Assembly: GCF_964204645.1 (NCBI RefSeq)
Contig: NC_134032.1
Coordinates: 5,132,175-5,196,174, forward strand
From: Tubulanus polymorphus
Taxonomy: Eukaryota > Animalia > Nemertea
Direction: 5' to 3'
Length of the DNA stretch: 64,000 nt
Shown here: positions 45,901 through 60,900 of the stretch, one piece after another
Layout: each line of letters starts with the position of its first letter
Position numbering within the stretch: the first letter of the stretch is position 1
Notes under the pieces: model-generated
What the model was told of the DNA's origin: nothing
Database searches by the model: none
The model's input: only the letters and a program-made list of their open reading frames with translations
Program-made: the position numbers and the translations under genes

Positions 45901-48900
45901 ATTTCGACCCGAAAACGTCGTTCCGCGCGAGAAAAGACGTTTTCTTATCAAATTGTCCCCCTATCGAAAAAATGACGATGTCGATGCGTAAGAGCGCTCA
46001 AATAGTCTGGAAAAGCACATTTCGACCCGAAAACGTTGTTCAGAGCGAGAAAAGACGTTTTCTTATCAAATTTTCCCCCTATCGAAAAAATGACGATGTC
46101 GATGCGTAAAAAGCGCTCAAATCGTCAGGAAAAGCACATTTCGACCCGAAAACGTCGTTCTGCGCGAGAAAAGACGTTTTCTTATAAAATTTCCCCCCTA
46201 CCAAAAAAATGACGATGTCGATGCGTAAAAGCGCTCAAATAGTCAGGAAAAGCACATTTCGACCCGAAAACGTCGTTCGGAGCGAGAAAAGACGTTTTCT
46301 TATCAAATTGTCCCCCTATCGAAAAAATGACGATGTCGATGCGTAAAAGCGCTCAAATCGTCAGGAAAAGCACATTTCGACCAGAAAACGTCGTTCCGCG
46401 CGAGAAAAGACGTTTTCTTATCAAATTTCTCCCCTATCGTCAGGAAAGCACATTTCGACCCGAAAACGTCGTTCAGGGCGAGAAAAGATGTTTTCTTATC
46501 AAATTGTCCCCCTATCGAAAAAATGACGATGTCGATGCGTAAGAGCGCTCAAATAGTCTGGAAAAGCACATTTCGACCCGAAAACGTCGTTCAGAGCGAG
46601 AAAAGACGTTTTCTTATCAAATTTTCCCCCTATCGAAAAAATGACGATGTCGATGCGTAAAAGCGCTCAAATCGTCAGGAAAAGCACATTTCGACCCGAA
46701 AACGTCGTTCCGCGCGAGAAAAGACGTTTTCTTATAAAATTTCCCCCCTATCAAAAAAATGACGATGTCGATGCGTAAAAGCGCTCAAATAGTCAGGAAA
46801 AGCACATGTCGACCCGAAAACGTCGTTCGGAGCGAGAAAAGACGTTTTCTTATCAAATTGTCCCTCTATCGAAAAAATGACGATGTCGATGCGTAAAAGC
46901 GCTCAAATCGTCAGGAAAAGCACATTTCGACCCGAAAACGTCGTACAGAGCGAGAAAAAGACGTTTTCTTATCAAATTGTCCCCTATCGGAAAAATGACG
47001 ATGTCGATGCGTAAAAGCGCTCAAATCGTCAGGAAAAGCACATTTCGACTCGAAAACGTCGTTCCGCGCGAGAAAAGACGTTTTCTTATCAAATTGTCCC
47101 CCTATCGGAAAAATGACGATGTCGATGCGTAAAAGCGCTCAAATCGTCAGGAAAAGCACATTTCGACCCGAAAACGTCGTTCCGCGCGAGAAAAGACGTT
47201 TTCTTATCAAATTGTCCCCCTATCGGAAAAATGACGATGGCGATGCGTAAAAGCGCTCAAATCGTCAGGAAAAGCACATTTCGACCAGAAAACGTCGTTC
47301 AGAGCGAGAAAAGACGTTTTCTTATCAAATTTCCCCCCTATCGAAAAAATGACGATGTCGATGCGTAAAAGCGCTCAAATCGTCAGGAAAAGCACATTTC
47401 GACCCGAAAACGTCGTTCAGAGCGAGAAAAGACATTTTCTTATCAAATTATCCCCCTATCGGAAAAATGACGATGGCGATGCGTAAAAGCGCTCAAATCG
47501 TCAGGAAAAGCACATTTCGACCAGAAAACGTCGTTCCGCGCGAGAAAAGACGTTTTCTTATCAAATTTCCCCCCTATCAAAAAAATGACGATGTCGATGC
47601 GTAAAAGCGCTCAAATCGTCAGGAAAAGCACATTTATGCCCGAAAACGTCGTTCCGCGCGAGAAAAGACGTTTTCTTATCAAATTTCCCCCCTATCGAAA
47701 AAATGACAATGTCGATGCGTAAAAGCGCTGAAATCGTCAGGAAAAGCACATTACGACGCGAAAACGTCGTTCAGTGCGAGAAAAGACGTTTTCTTATCAA
47801 ATTGTCCCCCTATCGAAAAAATGACGATGTCGATGCGTAAAAGCGCTCAAATCGTCAGGAAAAGCACATTTCGACCCGAAAACGTCGTTCAGAGCGAGAA
47901 AAGACGTTTTCTTATCAAATTGTCCCCCTATCGAAAAAATGACGATGTCGATGCGTAAGAGCGCTCAAATAGTCTGGAAAAGCACATTTCGACCCGAAAA
48001 CGTCGTTCAGAGCGAGAAAAGACGTTTTCTTATCAAATTTTCCCCCTATCGAAAAAATGACGATGTCGATGCGTAAAAGCGCTCAAATCGTCAGGAAAAG
48101 CACATTTCGACCCGAAAACGTCGTTCCGCGCGAGAAAAGACGTTTTCTTATAAAATTTCCCCCCTATCAAAAAAATGACGATGTCGATGCGCAAAAGCGC
48201 TCAAATAGTCAGGAAAAGCACATTTCGACCCGAAAACGTCGTTCAGTGCGAGAAAAGAAGTTTTCTTATCAAATTGTCCCCCTATCGAAAAAATGACGAT
48301 GTCGATGCGTAAAAGCGCTCAAATCGTCAGGAAAAGCACATTTCGACCCGAAAACGTCGTTCAGAGCGAGAAAAGACGTTTTCTTATCAAATTGTCCCCC
48401 TATCAAAAAAATGACGATGTCGATGCGTAAAAGCGCTCAAATAGTCAGGAAAAGCACATTTCGACCCGAAAACGTCGTTCGGAGCGAGAAAAGACGTTTT
48501 CTTATCAAATTGTCCCCCTATCGAAAACATGACGATGTCGATGCGTAAAAGCGCTTAAATCGTCAGGAAAAGCACATTTCGACCAGAAAACGTCGTTCCG
48601 CGCGAGAAAAGACGTTTTCTTATCAAATTTCTCCCCTATCGGAAAAATGACGATGTCGATGCGTAAAAGCGCTCAAATCGTCAGGAAAAGCACATTTCGA
48701 CCCGAAAACGTCGTTCAGTGCGAGAAAAGACGTTTTCTTATCAAATTGTCCCCCTATCGAAAAAATGACGATGTCGATGCGTAAAAGCGCTCAAATCGTC
48801 AGGAAAAGCACATTTCGACCAGAAAACGTCGTTCCGCGCGAGAAAAGACGTTTTCTTATCAAATTTCTCCCCTATCGGAAAAATGACGATGTCGATGCGT

Positions 48901-51900
48901 AAAAGCGCTCAAATCGTCAGGAAAAGCACATTTCGACGCGAAAACGTCGTTCAGTGCGAGAAAAGACGTTTTCTTATCAAATTGTCCCCCTATCGAAAAA
49001 ATGACGATGTCGATGCGTAAACGCGCTCAAATCGTCAGGAAAAGCACATTTCGACCCGAAAACGTCGTTCAGAGCGAGAAAAGACGTTTTCTTATCAAAT
49101 TGTCCCCCTATCGAAAAAATGACGATGTCGATGCGTAAGAGCGCTCAAATAGTCTGGAAAAGCACATTTCGACCCGAAAACGTCGTTCAGAGCGAGAAAA
49201 GACGTTTTCTTATCAAATTTTCCCCCTATCGAAAAAATGACGATGTCGATGCGTAAAAGCGCTCAAATCGTCAGGAAAAGCACATTTCGACCCGAAAACG
49301 TCGTTCCGCGCGAGAAAAGACGTTTTCTTATAAAATTTCCCCCCTATCAAAAAAATGACGATGTCGATGCGCAAAAGCGCTCAAATAGTCAGGAAAAGCA
49401 CATTTCGACCCGAAAACGTCGTTCAGTGCGAGAAAAGAAGTTTTCTTATCAAATTGTCCCCCTATCGAAAAAATGACGATGTCGATGCGTAAAAGCGCTC
49501 AAATCGTCAGGAAAAGCACATTTCGACCCGAAAACGTCTTTCAGAGCGAGAAAAGACGTTTTCTTATCAAATTGTCCCCCTATCAAAAAAATGACGATGT
49601 CGATGCGTAAAAGCGCTCAAATAGTCAGGAAAAGCACATTTCGACCCGAAAACGTCGTTCGGAGCGAGAAAAGACGTTTTCTTATCAAATTGTCCCCCTA
49701 TCGAAAACATGACGATGTCGATGCGTAAAAGCGCTTAAATCGTCAGGAAAAGCACATTTCGACCAGAAAACGTCGTTCCGCGCGAGAAAAGACGTTTTCT
49801 TATCAAATTTCTCCCCTATCCGGAAAAATGACGATGTCGATGCGTAAAAGCGCTCAAATCGTCAGGAAAAGCACATTTCGACGCGAAAACGTCGTTCAGT
49901 GCGAGAAAAGACGTTTTCTTATCAAATTGTCCCCCCTATCGAAAAAATGACGATGTCGATGCGTAAAAGCGCTCAAATCGTCAGGAAAAGCACATTTCGA
50001 CCAGAAAACGTCGTTCCGCGCGAGAAAAGACGTTTTCTTATCAAATTTCTCCCCTATCGGAAAAATGACGATGTCGATGCGTAAAAGCGCTCAAATCGTC
50101 AGGAAAAGCACATTTCGACGCGAAAACGTCGTTCAGTGCGAGAAAAGACGTTTTCTTATCAAATTGTCCCCCTATCGAAAAAATGACGATGTCGATGCGT
50201 AAACGCGCTCAAATCGTCAGGAAAAGCACATTTCGACCCGAAAACGTCGTTCAGTGCGATAAAAGACGTTTTCTTATTAAATTGTCCCCCTATCGAAAAA
50301 ATGACGATGTCGATGCGTAAAAGCGCTCAAATCGTCAGGAAAAGCACATTTCGACCAGAAAACGTCGTTCCGCGCGAGAAAAGACGTTTTCTTATCAAAT
50401 TTCTCCCCTATCGTCAGGAAAAGCACATTTCGACCCGAAAACGTCGTTCAGGGCGAGAAAAGATGTTTTCTTATCAAATTGTCCCCCTATCGAAAAAATG
50501 ACGATGTCGATGCGTAAGAGCGCTCAAATAGTCTGGAAAAGCACATTTCGACCCGAAAACGTCGTTCAGAGCGAGAAAAGACGTTTTCTTATCAAATTTT
50601 CCCCCTATCGAAAAAATGACGATGTCGATGCGTAAAAGCGCTCCAATCGTCAGGAAAAGCACATTTCGACCCGAAAACGTCGTTCCGCGCGAGAAAAGAC
50701 GTTTTCTTATAAAATTTCCCCCCTATCAAAAAAATGACGATGTCGATGCGTAAAAGCGCTCAAATAGTCAGGAAAAGCACATGTCGACCCGAAAACGTCG
50801 TTCGGAGCGAGAAAAGACGTTTTCTTATCAAATTGTCCCTCTATCGAAAAAATGACGATGTCGATGCGTAAAAGCGCTCAAATCGTCAGGAAAAGCACAT
50901 TTCGACCCGAAAACGTCGTACAGAGCGAGAAAAGACGTTTTCTTATCAAATTGTCCCCCTATCGGAAAAATGACGATGTCGATGCGTAAAAGCGCTCAAA
51001 TCGTCAGGAAAAGCACATTTCGACTCGAAAACGTCGTTCCGCGCGAGAAAAGACGTTTGCTTATCAAATTGTCCCCCTATCGGAAAAATGACGATGTCGA
51101 TGCGTAAAAGCGCTCAAATCGTCAGGAAAAGCACATTTCGACCCGAAAACGTCGTTCCGCGCGAGAAAAGACGTTTTCTTATCAAATTGTCCCCCTATCG
51201 GAAAAATGACGATGGCGATGCGTAAAAGCGCTCAAATCGTCAGGAAAAGCACATTTCGACCAGAAAACGTCGTTCAGAGCGAGAAAAGACGTTTTCTTAT
51301 CAAATTTCCCCCCTATCGAAAAAATGACGATGTCGATGCGTAAAAGCGCTCAAATCGTCAGGAAAAGCACATTTCGACCCGAAAACGTCGTTCAGAGCGA
51401 GAAAAGACATTTTCTTATCAAATTATCCCCCTATCGGAAAAATGACGATGGCGATGCGTAAAAGCGCTCAAATCGTCAGGAAAAGCACATTTCGACCAGA
51501 AAACGTCGTTCCGCGCGAGAAAAGACGTTTTCTTATCAAATTTCTCCCCTATCGGAAAAATGACGATGTCGATGCGTAAAAGCGCTCAAATCGTCAGGAA
51601 AAGCACATTTCGACGTGAAAACGTCGTTCAGTGCGAGAAAAGACGTTTTCTTATCAAATTGTCCCCCTATCGAAAAAATGACGATGTCGGTGCGTAAAAG
51701 CGCTCAAATCGTCAGGAAAAGCACATTTCGGCCCGAAAACGTCGTTCCGCGCGAGAAAAGACGTTTTCTTATCAAATTTCCCCCCTATCAAAAAAATGAC
51801 GATGTCGATGCGTAAAAGCGCTCAAATCGTCAGGAAAAGCACATTTATGCCCGAAAACGTCGTTCCGCGCGAGAAAAGACGTTTTCTTATCAAATTTCCC

Positions 51901-54900
51901 CCCTATCGAAAAAATGACGATGTCGATGCGTAAAAGCGCTCAAATCGTCAGGAAAAGCACATTACGACGCGAAAACGTCGTTCAGTGCGAGAAAAGACGT
52001 TTTCTTATCAAATTGTCCCCCTATCGAAAAAATGACGATGTCGATGCGTAAAAGCGCTCAAATCGTCAGGAAAAGCACATTTCGACCCGAAAACGTCGTT
52101 CAGAGCGAGAAAAGTCGTTTTCTTATCAAATTGTCCCCCTATCGAAAAAATGACGATGTCGATGCGTAAGAGCGCTCAAATAGTCTGGAAAAGCACATTT
52201 CGACCCGAAAACGTCGTTCAGAGCGAGAAAAGACGTTTTCTTATCAAATTTTCCCCCTATCGAAAAAATGACGATGTCGATGCGTAAAAGCGCTCAAATC
52301 GTCAGGAAAAGCACATTTCGACCGGAAAACGTCGTTCCGCGCGAGAAAAGACGTTTTCTTATAAAATTTCCCCCCTATCAAAAAAATGACGATGTCGATG
52401 CGCAAAAGCGCTCAAATAGTCAGGAAAAGCACATTTCGACCCGAAAACGTCGTTCAGTGCGAGAAAAGAAGTTTTCTTATCAAATTGTCCCCCTATCGAA
52501 AAAATGACGATGTCGATGCGTAAAAGCGCTCAAATCGTCAGGAAAAGCACATTTCGACCCGAAAACGTCGTTCAGAGCGAGAAAAGACGTTTTTTTATCA
52601 AATTGTCCCCCTATCAAAAAAATGACGATGTCGATGCGTAAAAGCGCTCAAATAGTCAGGAAAAGCACATTTCGACCCGAAAACGTCGTTCGGAGCGAGA
52701 AAAGACGTTTTCTTATCAAATTGTCCCCCTATCGAAAAAATGACGATGTCGATGCGTAAAAGCGCTCAAATCGTCAGGAAAAGCACATTTCGACCAGAAA
52801 ACGTCGTTCCGCGCGAGAAAAGACGTTTTCTTATCAAATTTCTCCCCTATCGGAAAAATGACGATGTCGATGCGTAAAAGCGCTCAAATCGTCAGGAAAA
52901 GCACATTTCGACGCGAAAACGTCGTTCAGTGCGAGAAAAGACGTTTTCTTATCAAATTGTCCCCCTATCGAAAAAATGACGATGTCGATGCGTAAAAGCG
53001 CTCAAATCGTCAGGAAAAGCACATTTCGACCAGAAAACGTCGTTCCGCGCGAGAAAAGACGTTTTCTTATCAAATTTCTCCCCTATCGTCAGGAAAAGCA
53101 CATTTCGACCCGAAAACGTCGTTCAGGGCGAGAAAAGATGTTTTCTTATCAAATTGTCCCCCTATCGAAAAAATGACGATGTCGATGCGTAAGAGCGCTC
53201 AAATAGTCTGGAAAAGCACATTTCGACCCGAAAACGTCGTTCAGAGCGAGAAAAGACGTTTTCTTATCAAATTTTCCCCCTATCGAAAAAATGACGATGT
53301 CGATGCGTAAAAGCGCTCAAATCGTCAGGAAAAGCACATTACGACGCGAAAACGTCGTTCAGTGCGAGAAAAGACGTTTTCTTATCAAATTGTCCCCCTA
53401 TCGAAAAAATGACGATGTCGATGCGTAAAAGCGCTCAAATCGTCAGGAAAAGCACATTTCGACCCGAAAACGTCGTTCAGAGCGAGAAAAGTCGTTTTCT
53501 TATCAAATTGTCCCCCTATCGAAAAAATGACGATGTCGATGCGTAAGAGCGCTCAAATAGTCTGGAAAAGCACATTTCGACCCGAAAACGTCGTTCAGAG
53601 CGAGAAAAGACGTTTTCTTATCAAATTTTCCCCCTATCGAAAAAATGACGATGTCGATGCGTAAAAGCGCTCAAATCGTCAGGAAAAGCACATTTCGACC
53701 CGAAAACGTCGTTCAGAGCGAGAAAAGACGTTTTCTTATCAAATTGTCCCCCTATCGAATAAATGACGATGTCGATGCGTAAAAGCGCTCAAATAGTCAG
53801 GAAAAGCACATTTCGACCCGAAAACGTCGTTCGGAGCGAGAAAAGACGTTTTCTTATCAAATTGTCCCCCTATCGAAAAAATGACGATGTCGATGCGTAA
53901 AAGCGCTCAAATCGTCAGGAAAAGCACATTTCGACCAGAAAACGTCGTTCCGCGCGAGAAAAGACGTTTTCTTATCAAATTTCTCCCCTATCGGAAAAAT
54001 GACGATGTCGATGCGTAAAAGCGCTCAAATCGTCAGGAAAAGCACATTTCGACGCGAAAACGTCGTTCAGTGCGAGAAAAGAGGTTTTCGTATCAAATTG
54101 TCCCCCTATCGAAAAAATGACGATGTCGATGCGTAAAAGCGCTCAAATCGTCAGGAAAAGCACATTTCGACCAGAAAACGTCGTTCCGCGCGAGAAAAGA
54201 CGTTTTCTTATCAAATTTCTCCCCTATCGGAAAAATGACGATGTCGATGCGTAAAAGCGCTCAAATCGTCAGGAAAAGCACATTTCGACGCGAAAACGTC
54301 GTTCAGTGCGAGAAAAGACGTTTTCTTATCAAATTGTCCCCCTATCGAAAAAATGACGATGTCGATGCGTAAAAGCGCTCAAATCGTCAGGAAAAGCACA
54401 TTTCGACGTGAAAACGTCGTTCAGTGCGAGAAAAGACGTTTTCTTATCAAATTGTCCCCCTATCGAAAAAATGACGATGTCGATGCGTAAGAGCGCTCAA
54501 ATAGTCTGGAAAAGCACATTTCGACCCGAAAACGTCGTTCCGCGCGAGAAAAGACGTTTTCTTATCAAATTGTCCCCCTATCGAAAAAATGACGATGTCG
54601 ATGCGTAAGAGCGCTCAAATAGTCTGGAAAAGCACATTTCGACCCGAAAACGTCGTTCAGAGCGAGAAAAAACGTTTTCTTATCAAATTTTCCCCCTATC
54701 GAAAAAATGACGATGTCGATGCGTAAAAGCGCTCAAATCGTCAGGAAAAGCACATTTCGACCCGAAAACGTCGTTCACCGCGAGAAAAGACGTTTTCTTA
54801 TAAAATTTCCCCCCTATCAAAAAAATGACGATGTCGATGCGTAAAAGCGCTCAAATAGTCAGGAAAAGCACATTTCGACCCGAAAACGTCGTTCGGAGCG

Positions 54901-57900
54901 AGAAAAGACGTTTTCTTATCAAATTGTCCCCCTATCGAAAAAATGACGATGTCGATGCGTAAAAGCGCTCAAATCGTCAGGAAAAGCACATTTCGACCAG
55001 AAAACGTCGTTCCGCGCGAGAAAAGACGTTTTCTTATCAAATTTCTCCCCTATCGTCAGGAAAAACACATTTCGACCCGAAAACGTCGTTCAGGGCGAGA
55101 AAAGATGTTTTCTTATCAAATTGTCCCCCTATCGAAAAAATGACGATTTCGATGCGTAAGAGCGCTCAAATAGTCTGGAAAAGCACATTTCGACCCGAAA
55201 ACGTCGTTCAGAGCGAGAAAAGACGTTTTCTTATCAAATTTTCCCCCTATCGAAAAAATGACGATGTCGATGCGTAAAAGCGCTCAAATCGTCAGGAAAA
55301 GCACATTTCGACCCGAAAACGTCGTTCCGCGCGAGAAAAGACGTTTTCTTATAAAATTTCCCCCCTATCAAAAAAATGACGATGTCGATGCGTAAAAGCG
55401 CTCAAATAGTCAGGAAAAGCACATGTCGACCCGAAAACGTCGTTCGGAGCGAGAAAAGACGTTTTCTTATCAAATTGTCCCTCTATCGAAAAAATGACGA
55501 TGTCGATGCGTAAAAGCGCTCAAATCGTCAGGAAAAGCACATTTCGACCCGAAAACGTCGTACAGAGCGAGAAAAGACGTTTTCTTATCAAATTGTCCCC
55601 CTATCGGAAAAATGACGATGTCGATGCGTAAAAGCGCTCAAATCGTCAGGAAAAGCACATTTCGACTCGAAAACGTCGTTCCGCGCGAGAAAAGACGTTT
55701 TCTTATCAAATTGTCCCCCTATCGGAAAAATGACGATGTCGATGCGTAAAAGCGCTCAAATCGTCAGGAAAAGCACATTTCGACCCGAAAACGTCGTTCC
55801 GCGCGAGAAAAGACGTTTTCTTATCAAATTGTCCCCCTATCGGAAAAATGACGATGGCGATGCGTAAAAGCGCTCAAATCGTCAGGAAAAGCACATTTCG
55901 ACCAGAAAACGTCGTTCAGAGCGAGAAAAGACGTTTTCTTATCAAATTTCCCCCCTATCGAAAAAATGACGATGTCGATGCGTAAAAGCGCTCAAATCGT
56001 CAGGAAAAGCACATTTCGACCCGAAAACGTCGTTCAGAGCGAGAAAAGACATTTTCTTATCAAATTATCCCCCTATCGGAAAAATGACGATGGCGATGCG
56101 TAAAAGCGCTCAAATCGTCAGGAAAAGCACATTTCGACCAGAAAACGTCGTTCCGCGCGAGAAAAGACGTTTTCTTATCAAATTTCTCCCCTATCGGAAA
56201 AATGACGATGTCGATGCTTAAAAGCGCTCAAATCGTCAGGAAAAGCACATTTCGACGTAAAAACGTCGTTCAGTGCGAGAAAAGACGTTTTCTTATCAAA
56301 TTGTCCCCCTATCGAAAAAATGACGATGTCGGTGCGTAAAAGCGCTCAAATCGTCAGGAAAAGCACATTTCGGCCCGAAAACGTCGTTCCGCGCGAGAAA
56401 AGACGTTTTCTTATCAAATTTTCCCCCTATCGAAAAAATGACGATGTCGATGCGTAAAAGCGCTCAAATCGTCAGGAAAAGCACATTTCGACCCGAAAAC
56501 GTCGTACAGAGCGAGAAAAGACGTTTTCTTATCAAATTGTCCCCCCATCGGAAAAATGACGATGTCGATGCGTAAAAGCGCTCAAATAGTCAGGAAAAGC
56601 ACATGTCGACCCGAAAACGTCGTTCGGAGCGAGAAAAGACGTTTTCTTATCAAATTGTCCCTCTATCGAAAAAATGACGATGTCGATGCGTAAAAGCGCT
56701 CAAATCGTCAGGAAAAGCACATTTCGACCCGAAAACGTCGTACAGAGCGAGAAAAGACGTTTTCTTATCAAATTGTCCCCCTATCGGAAAAATGACGATG
56801 TCGATGCGTAAAAGCGCTCAAATCGTCAGGAAAAGCACATTTCGACTCGAAAACGTCGTTCCGCGCGAGAAAAGACGTTTTCTTATCAAATTGTCCCCCT
56901 ATCGGAAAAATGACGATGTCGATGCGTAAAAGCGCTCAAATCGTCAGGAAAAGCACATTTCGACCCGAAAACGTCGTTCCGCGCGAGAAAAGACGTTTTC
57001 TTATCAAATTGTCCCCCTATCGGAAAAATGACGATGGCGATGCGTAAAAGCGCTCAAATCGTCAGGAAAAGCACATTTCGACCAGAAAACGTCGTTCAGA
57101 GCGAGAAAAGACGTTTTCTTATCAAATTTCCCCCCTATCGAAAAAATGACGATGTCGATGCGTAAAAGCGCTCAAATCGTCAGGAAAAGCACATTTCGAC
57201 CCGAAAACGTCGTTCAGAGCGAGAAAAGACATTTTCTTATCAAATTATCCCCCTATCGGAAAAATGACGATGGCGATGCGTAAAAGCGCTCAAATCGTCA
57301 GGAAAAGCACATTTCGACCAGAAAACGTCGTTCCGCGCGAGAAAAGACGTTTTCTTATCAAATTTTCCCCCTATCGAAAAAATGACGATGTCGATGCGTA
57401 AAAGCGCTCAAATCGTCAGGAAAAGCACATTTCGACCCGAAAACGTCGTTCAGAGCGAGAAAAGACGTTTTCTTATCAAATTGTCCCCCTATCGAATAAA
57501 TGACGATGTCGATGCGTAAAAGCGCTCAAATAGTCAGGAAAAGCACATTTCGACCCGAAAACGTCGTTCGGAGCGAGAAAAGACGTTTTCTTATCAAATT
57601 GTCCCCCTATCGAAAAAATGACGATGTCGATGCGTAAAAGCGCTCAAATCGTCAGGAAAAGCACATTTCGACCAGAAAACGTCGTTCCGCGCGAGAAAAG
57701 ACGTTTTCTTATCAAATTTCTCCCCTATCGGAAAAATGACGATGTCGATGCGTAAAAGCGCTCAAATCGTCAGGAAAAGCACATTTCGACGCGAAAACGT
57801 CGTTCAGTGCGAGAAAAGAGGTTTTCGTATCAAATTGTCCCCCTATCGAAAAAATGACGATGTCGATGCGTAAAAGCGCTCAAATCGTCAGGAAAAGCAC

Positions 57901-60900
57901 ATTTCGACCAGAAAACGTCGTTCCGCGCGAGAAAAGACGTTTTCTTATCAAATTTCTCCCCTATCGGAAAAATGACGATGTCGATGCGTAAAAGCGCTCA
58001 AATCGTCAGGAAAAGCACATTTCGACGCGAAAACGTCGTTCAGTGCGAGAAAAGACGTTTTCTTATCAAATTGTCCCCCTATCGAAAAAATGACGATGTC
58101 GATGCGTAAAAGCGCTCAAATCGTCAGGAAAAGCACATTTCGACGTGAAAACGTCGTTCAGTGCGAGAAAAGACGTTTTCTTATCAAATTGTCCCCCTAT
58201 CGAAAAAATGACGATGTCGATGCGTAAGAGCGCTCAAATAGTCTGGAAAAGCACATTTCGACCCGAAAACGTCGTTCCGCGCGAGAAAAGACGTTTTCTT
58301 ATCAAATTGTCCCCCTATCGAAAAAATGACGATGTCGATGCGTAAGAGCGCTCAAATAGTCTGGAAAAGCACATTTCGACCCGAAAACGTCGTTCAGAGC
58401 GAGAAAAAACGTTTTCTTATCAAATTTTCCCCCTATCGAAAAAATGACGATGTCGATGCGTAAAAGCGCTCAAATCGTCAGGAAAAGCACATTTCGACCC
58501 GAAAACGTCGTTCACCGCGAGAAAAGACGTTTTCTTATAAAATTTCCCCCCTATCAAAAAAATGACGATGTCGATGCGTAAAAGCGCTCAAATAGTCAGG
58601 AAAAGCACATTTCGACCCGAAAACGTCGTTCGGAGCGAGAAAAGACGTTTTCTTATCAAATTGTCCCCCTATCGAAAAAATGACGATGTCGATGCGTAAA
58701 AGCGCTCAAATCGTCAGGAAAAGCACATTTCGACCAGAAAACGTCGTTCCGCGCGAGAAAAGACGTTTTCTTATCAAATTTCTCCCCTATCGTCAGGAAA
58801 AACACATTTCGACCCGAAAACGTCGTTCAGGGCGAGAAAAGATGTTTTCTTATCAAATTGTCCCCCTATCGAAAAAATGACGATTTCGATGCGTAAGAGC
58901 GCTCAAATAGTCTGGAAAAGCACATTTCGACCCGAAAACGTCGTTCAGAGCGAGAAAAGACGTTTTCTTATCAAATTTTCCCCCTATCGAAAAAATGACG
59001 ATGTCGATGCGTAAAAGCGCTCAAATCGTCAGGAAAAGCACATTTCGACCCGAAAACGTCGTTCCGCGCGAGAAAAGACGTTTTCTTATAAAATTTCCCC
59101 CCTATCAAAAAAATGACGATGTCGATGCGTAAAAGCGCTCAAATAGTCAGGAAAAGCACATGTCGACCCGAAAACGTCGTTCGGAGCGAGAAAAGACGTT
59201 TTCTTATCAAATTGTCCCTCTATCGAAAAAATGACGATGTCGATGCGTAAAAGCGCTCAAATCGTCAGGAAAAGCACATTTCGACCCGAAAACGTCGTAC
59301 AGAGCGAGAAAAGACGTTTTCTTATCAAATTGTCCCCCTATCGGAAAAATGACGATGTCGATGCGTAAAAGCGCTCAAATCGTCAGGAAAAGCACATTTC
59401 GACTCGAAAACGTCGTTCCGCGCGAGAAAAGACGTTTTCTTATCAAATTGTCCCCCTATCGGAAAAATGACGATGTCGATGCGTAAAAGCGCTCAAATCG
59501 TCAGGAAAAGCACATTTCGACCCGAAAACGTCGTTCCGCGCGAGAAAAGACGTTTTCTTATCAAATTGTCCCCCTATCGGAAAAATGACGATGGCGATGC
59601 GTAAAAGCGCTCAAATCGTCAGGAAAAGCACATTTCGACCAGAAAACGTCGTTCAGAGCGAGAAAAGACGTTTTCTTATCAAATTTCCCCCCTATCGAAA
59701 AAATGACGATGTCGATGCGTAAAAGCGCTCAAATCGTCAGGAAAAGCACATTTCGACCCGAAAACGTCGTTCAGAGCGAGAAAAGACATTTTCTTATCAA
59801 ATTATCCCCCTATCGGAAAAATGACGATGGCGATGCGTAAAAGCGCTCAAATCGTCAGGAAAAGCACATTTCGACCAGAAAACGTCGTTCCGCGCGAGAA
59901 AAGACGTTTTCTTATCAAATTTCTCCCCTATCGGAAAAATGACGATGTCGATGCTTAAAAGCGCTCAAATCGTCAGGAAAAGCACATTTCGACGTAAAAA
60001 CGTCGTTCAGTGCGAGAAAAGACGTTTTCTTATCAAATTGTCCCCCTAACGAAAAAATGACGATGTCGGTGCGTAAAAGCGCTCAAATCGTCAGGAAAAG
60101 CACATTTCGGCCCGAAAACGTCGTTCCGCGCGAGAAAAGACGTTTTCTTATCAAATTTTCCCCCTATCGAAAAAATGACGATGTCGATGCGTAAAAGCGC
60201 TCAAATCGTCAGGAAAAGCACATTTCGACCCGAAAACGTCGTACAGAGCGAGAAAAGACGTTTTCTTATCAAATTGTCCCCCCATCGGAAAAATGACGAT
60301 GTCGATGCGTAAAAGCGCTCAAATCGTCAGAAAAAGCACATTTCGGCCCGAAAACCTCGTTCCGCGCGAGAAAAGACGTTTTCTTATCAAATTGTCCCCC
60401 TATCGAAAAAATGACGATGTCGATGCGTAAAAGCGCTCAAATCGTCAGGAAAAGCACATTTCGACTCGAAAACGTCGTTCCGCGCGAGAAAAGACGTTTT
60501 CTTATCAAATTGTCCCCCTATCGGAAAAATGACGATGTCGATGCGTAAAAGCGCTCAAATCGTCAGGAAAAGCACATTTCGACCCGAAAACGTCGTTCCG
60601 CGCGAGAAAAGACGTTTTCTTATCAAATTGTCCCCCTATCGGAAAAATGACGATGGCGATGCGTAAAAGCGCTCAAATCGTCAGGAAAAGCACATTTCGA
60701 CCAGAAAACGTCGTTCAGAGCGAGAAAAGACGTTTTCTTATCAAATTTCCCCCCTATCGAAAAAATGACGATGTCGATGCGTAAAAGCGCTCAAATCGTC
60801 AGGAAAAGCACATTTCGACGCGAAAACGTCGTTCAGTGCGAGAAAAGACGTTTTCTTATCAAATTGTCCCCCTATCGAAAAAATGACGATGTCGATGCGT

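Noticed and set aside
24948-58880. Dozens of ORFs such as MTMSMRKSAQIVRKSTFRPENV...
   Set aside because: They are translations of the 117-118-bp satellite. The usual 118-bp unit is not a multiple of three, and frames shift at homopolymer indels.
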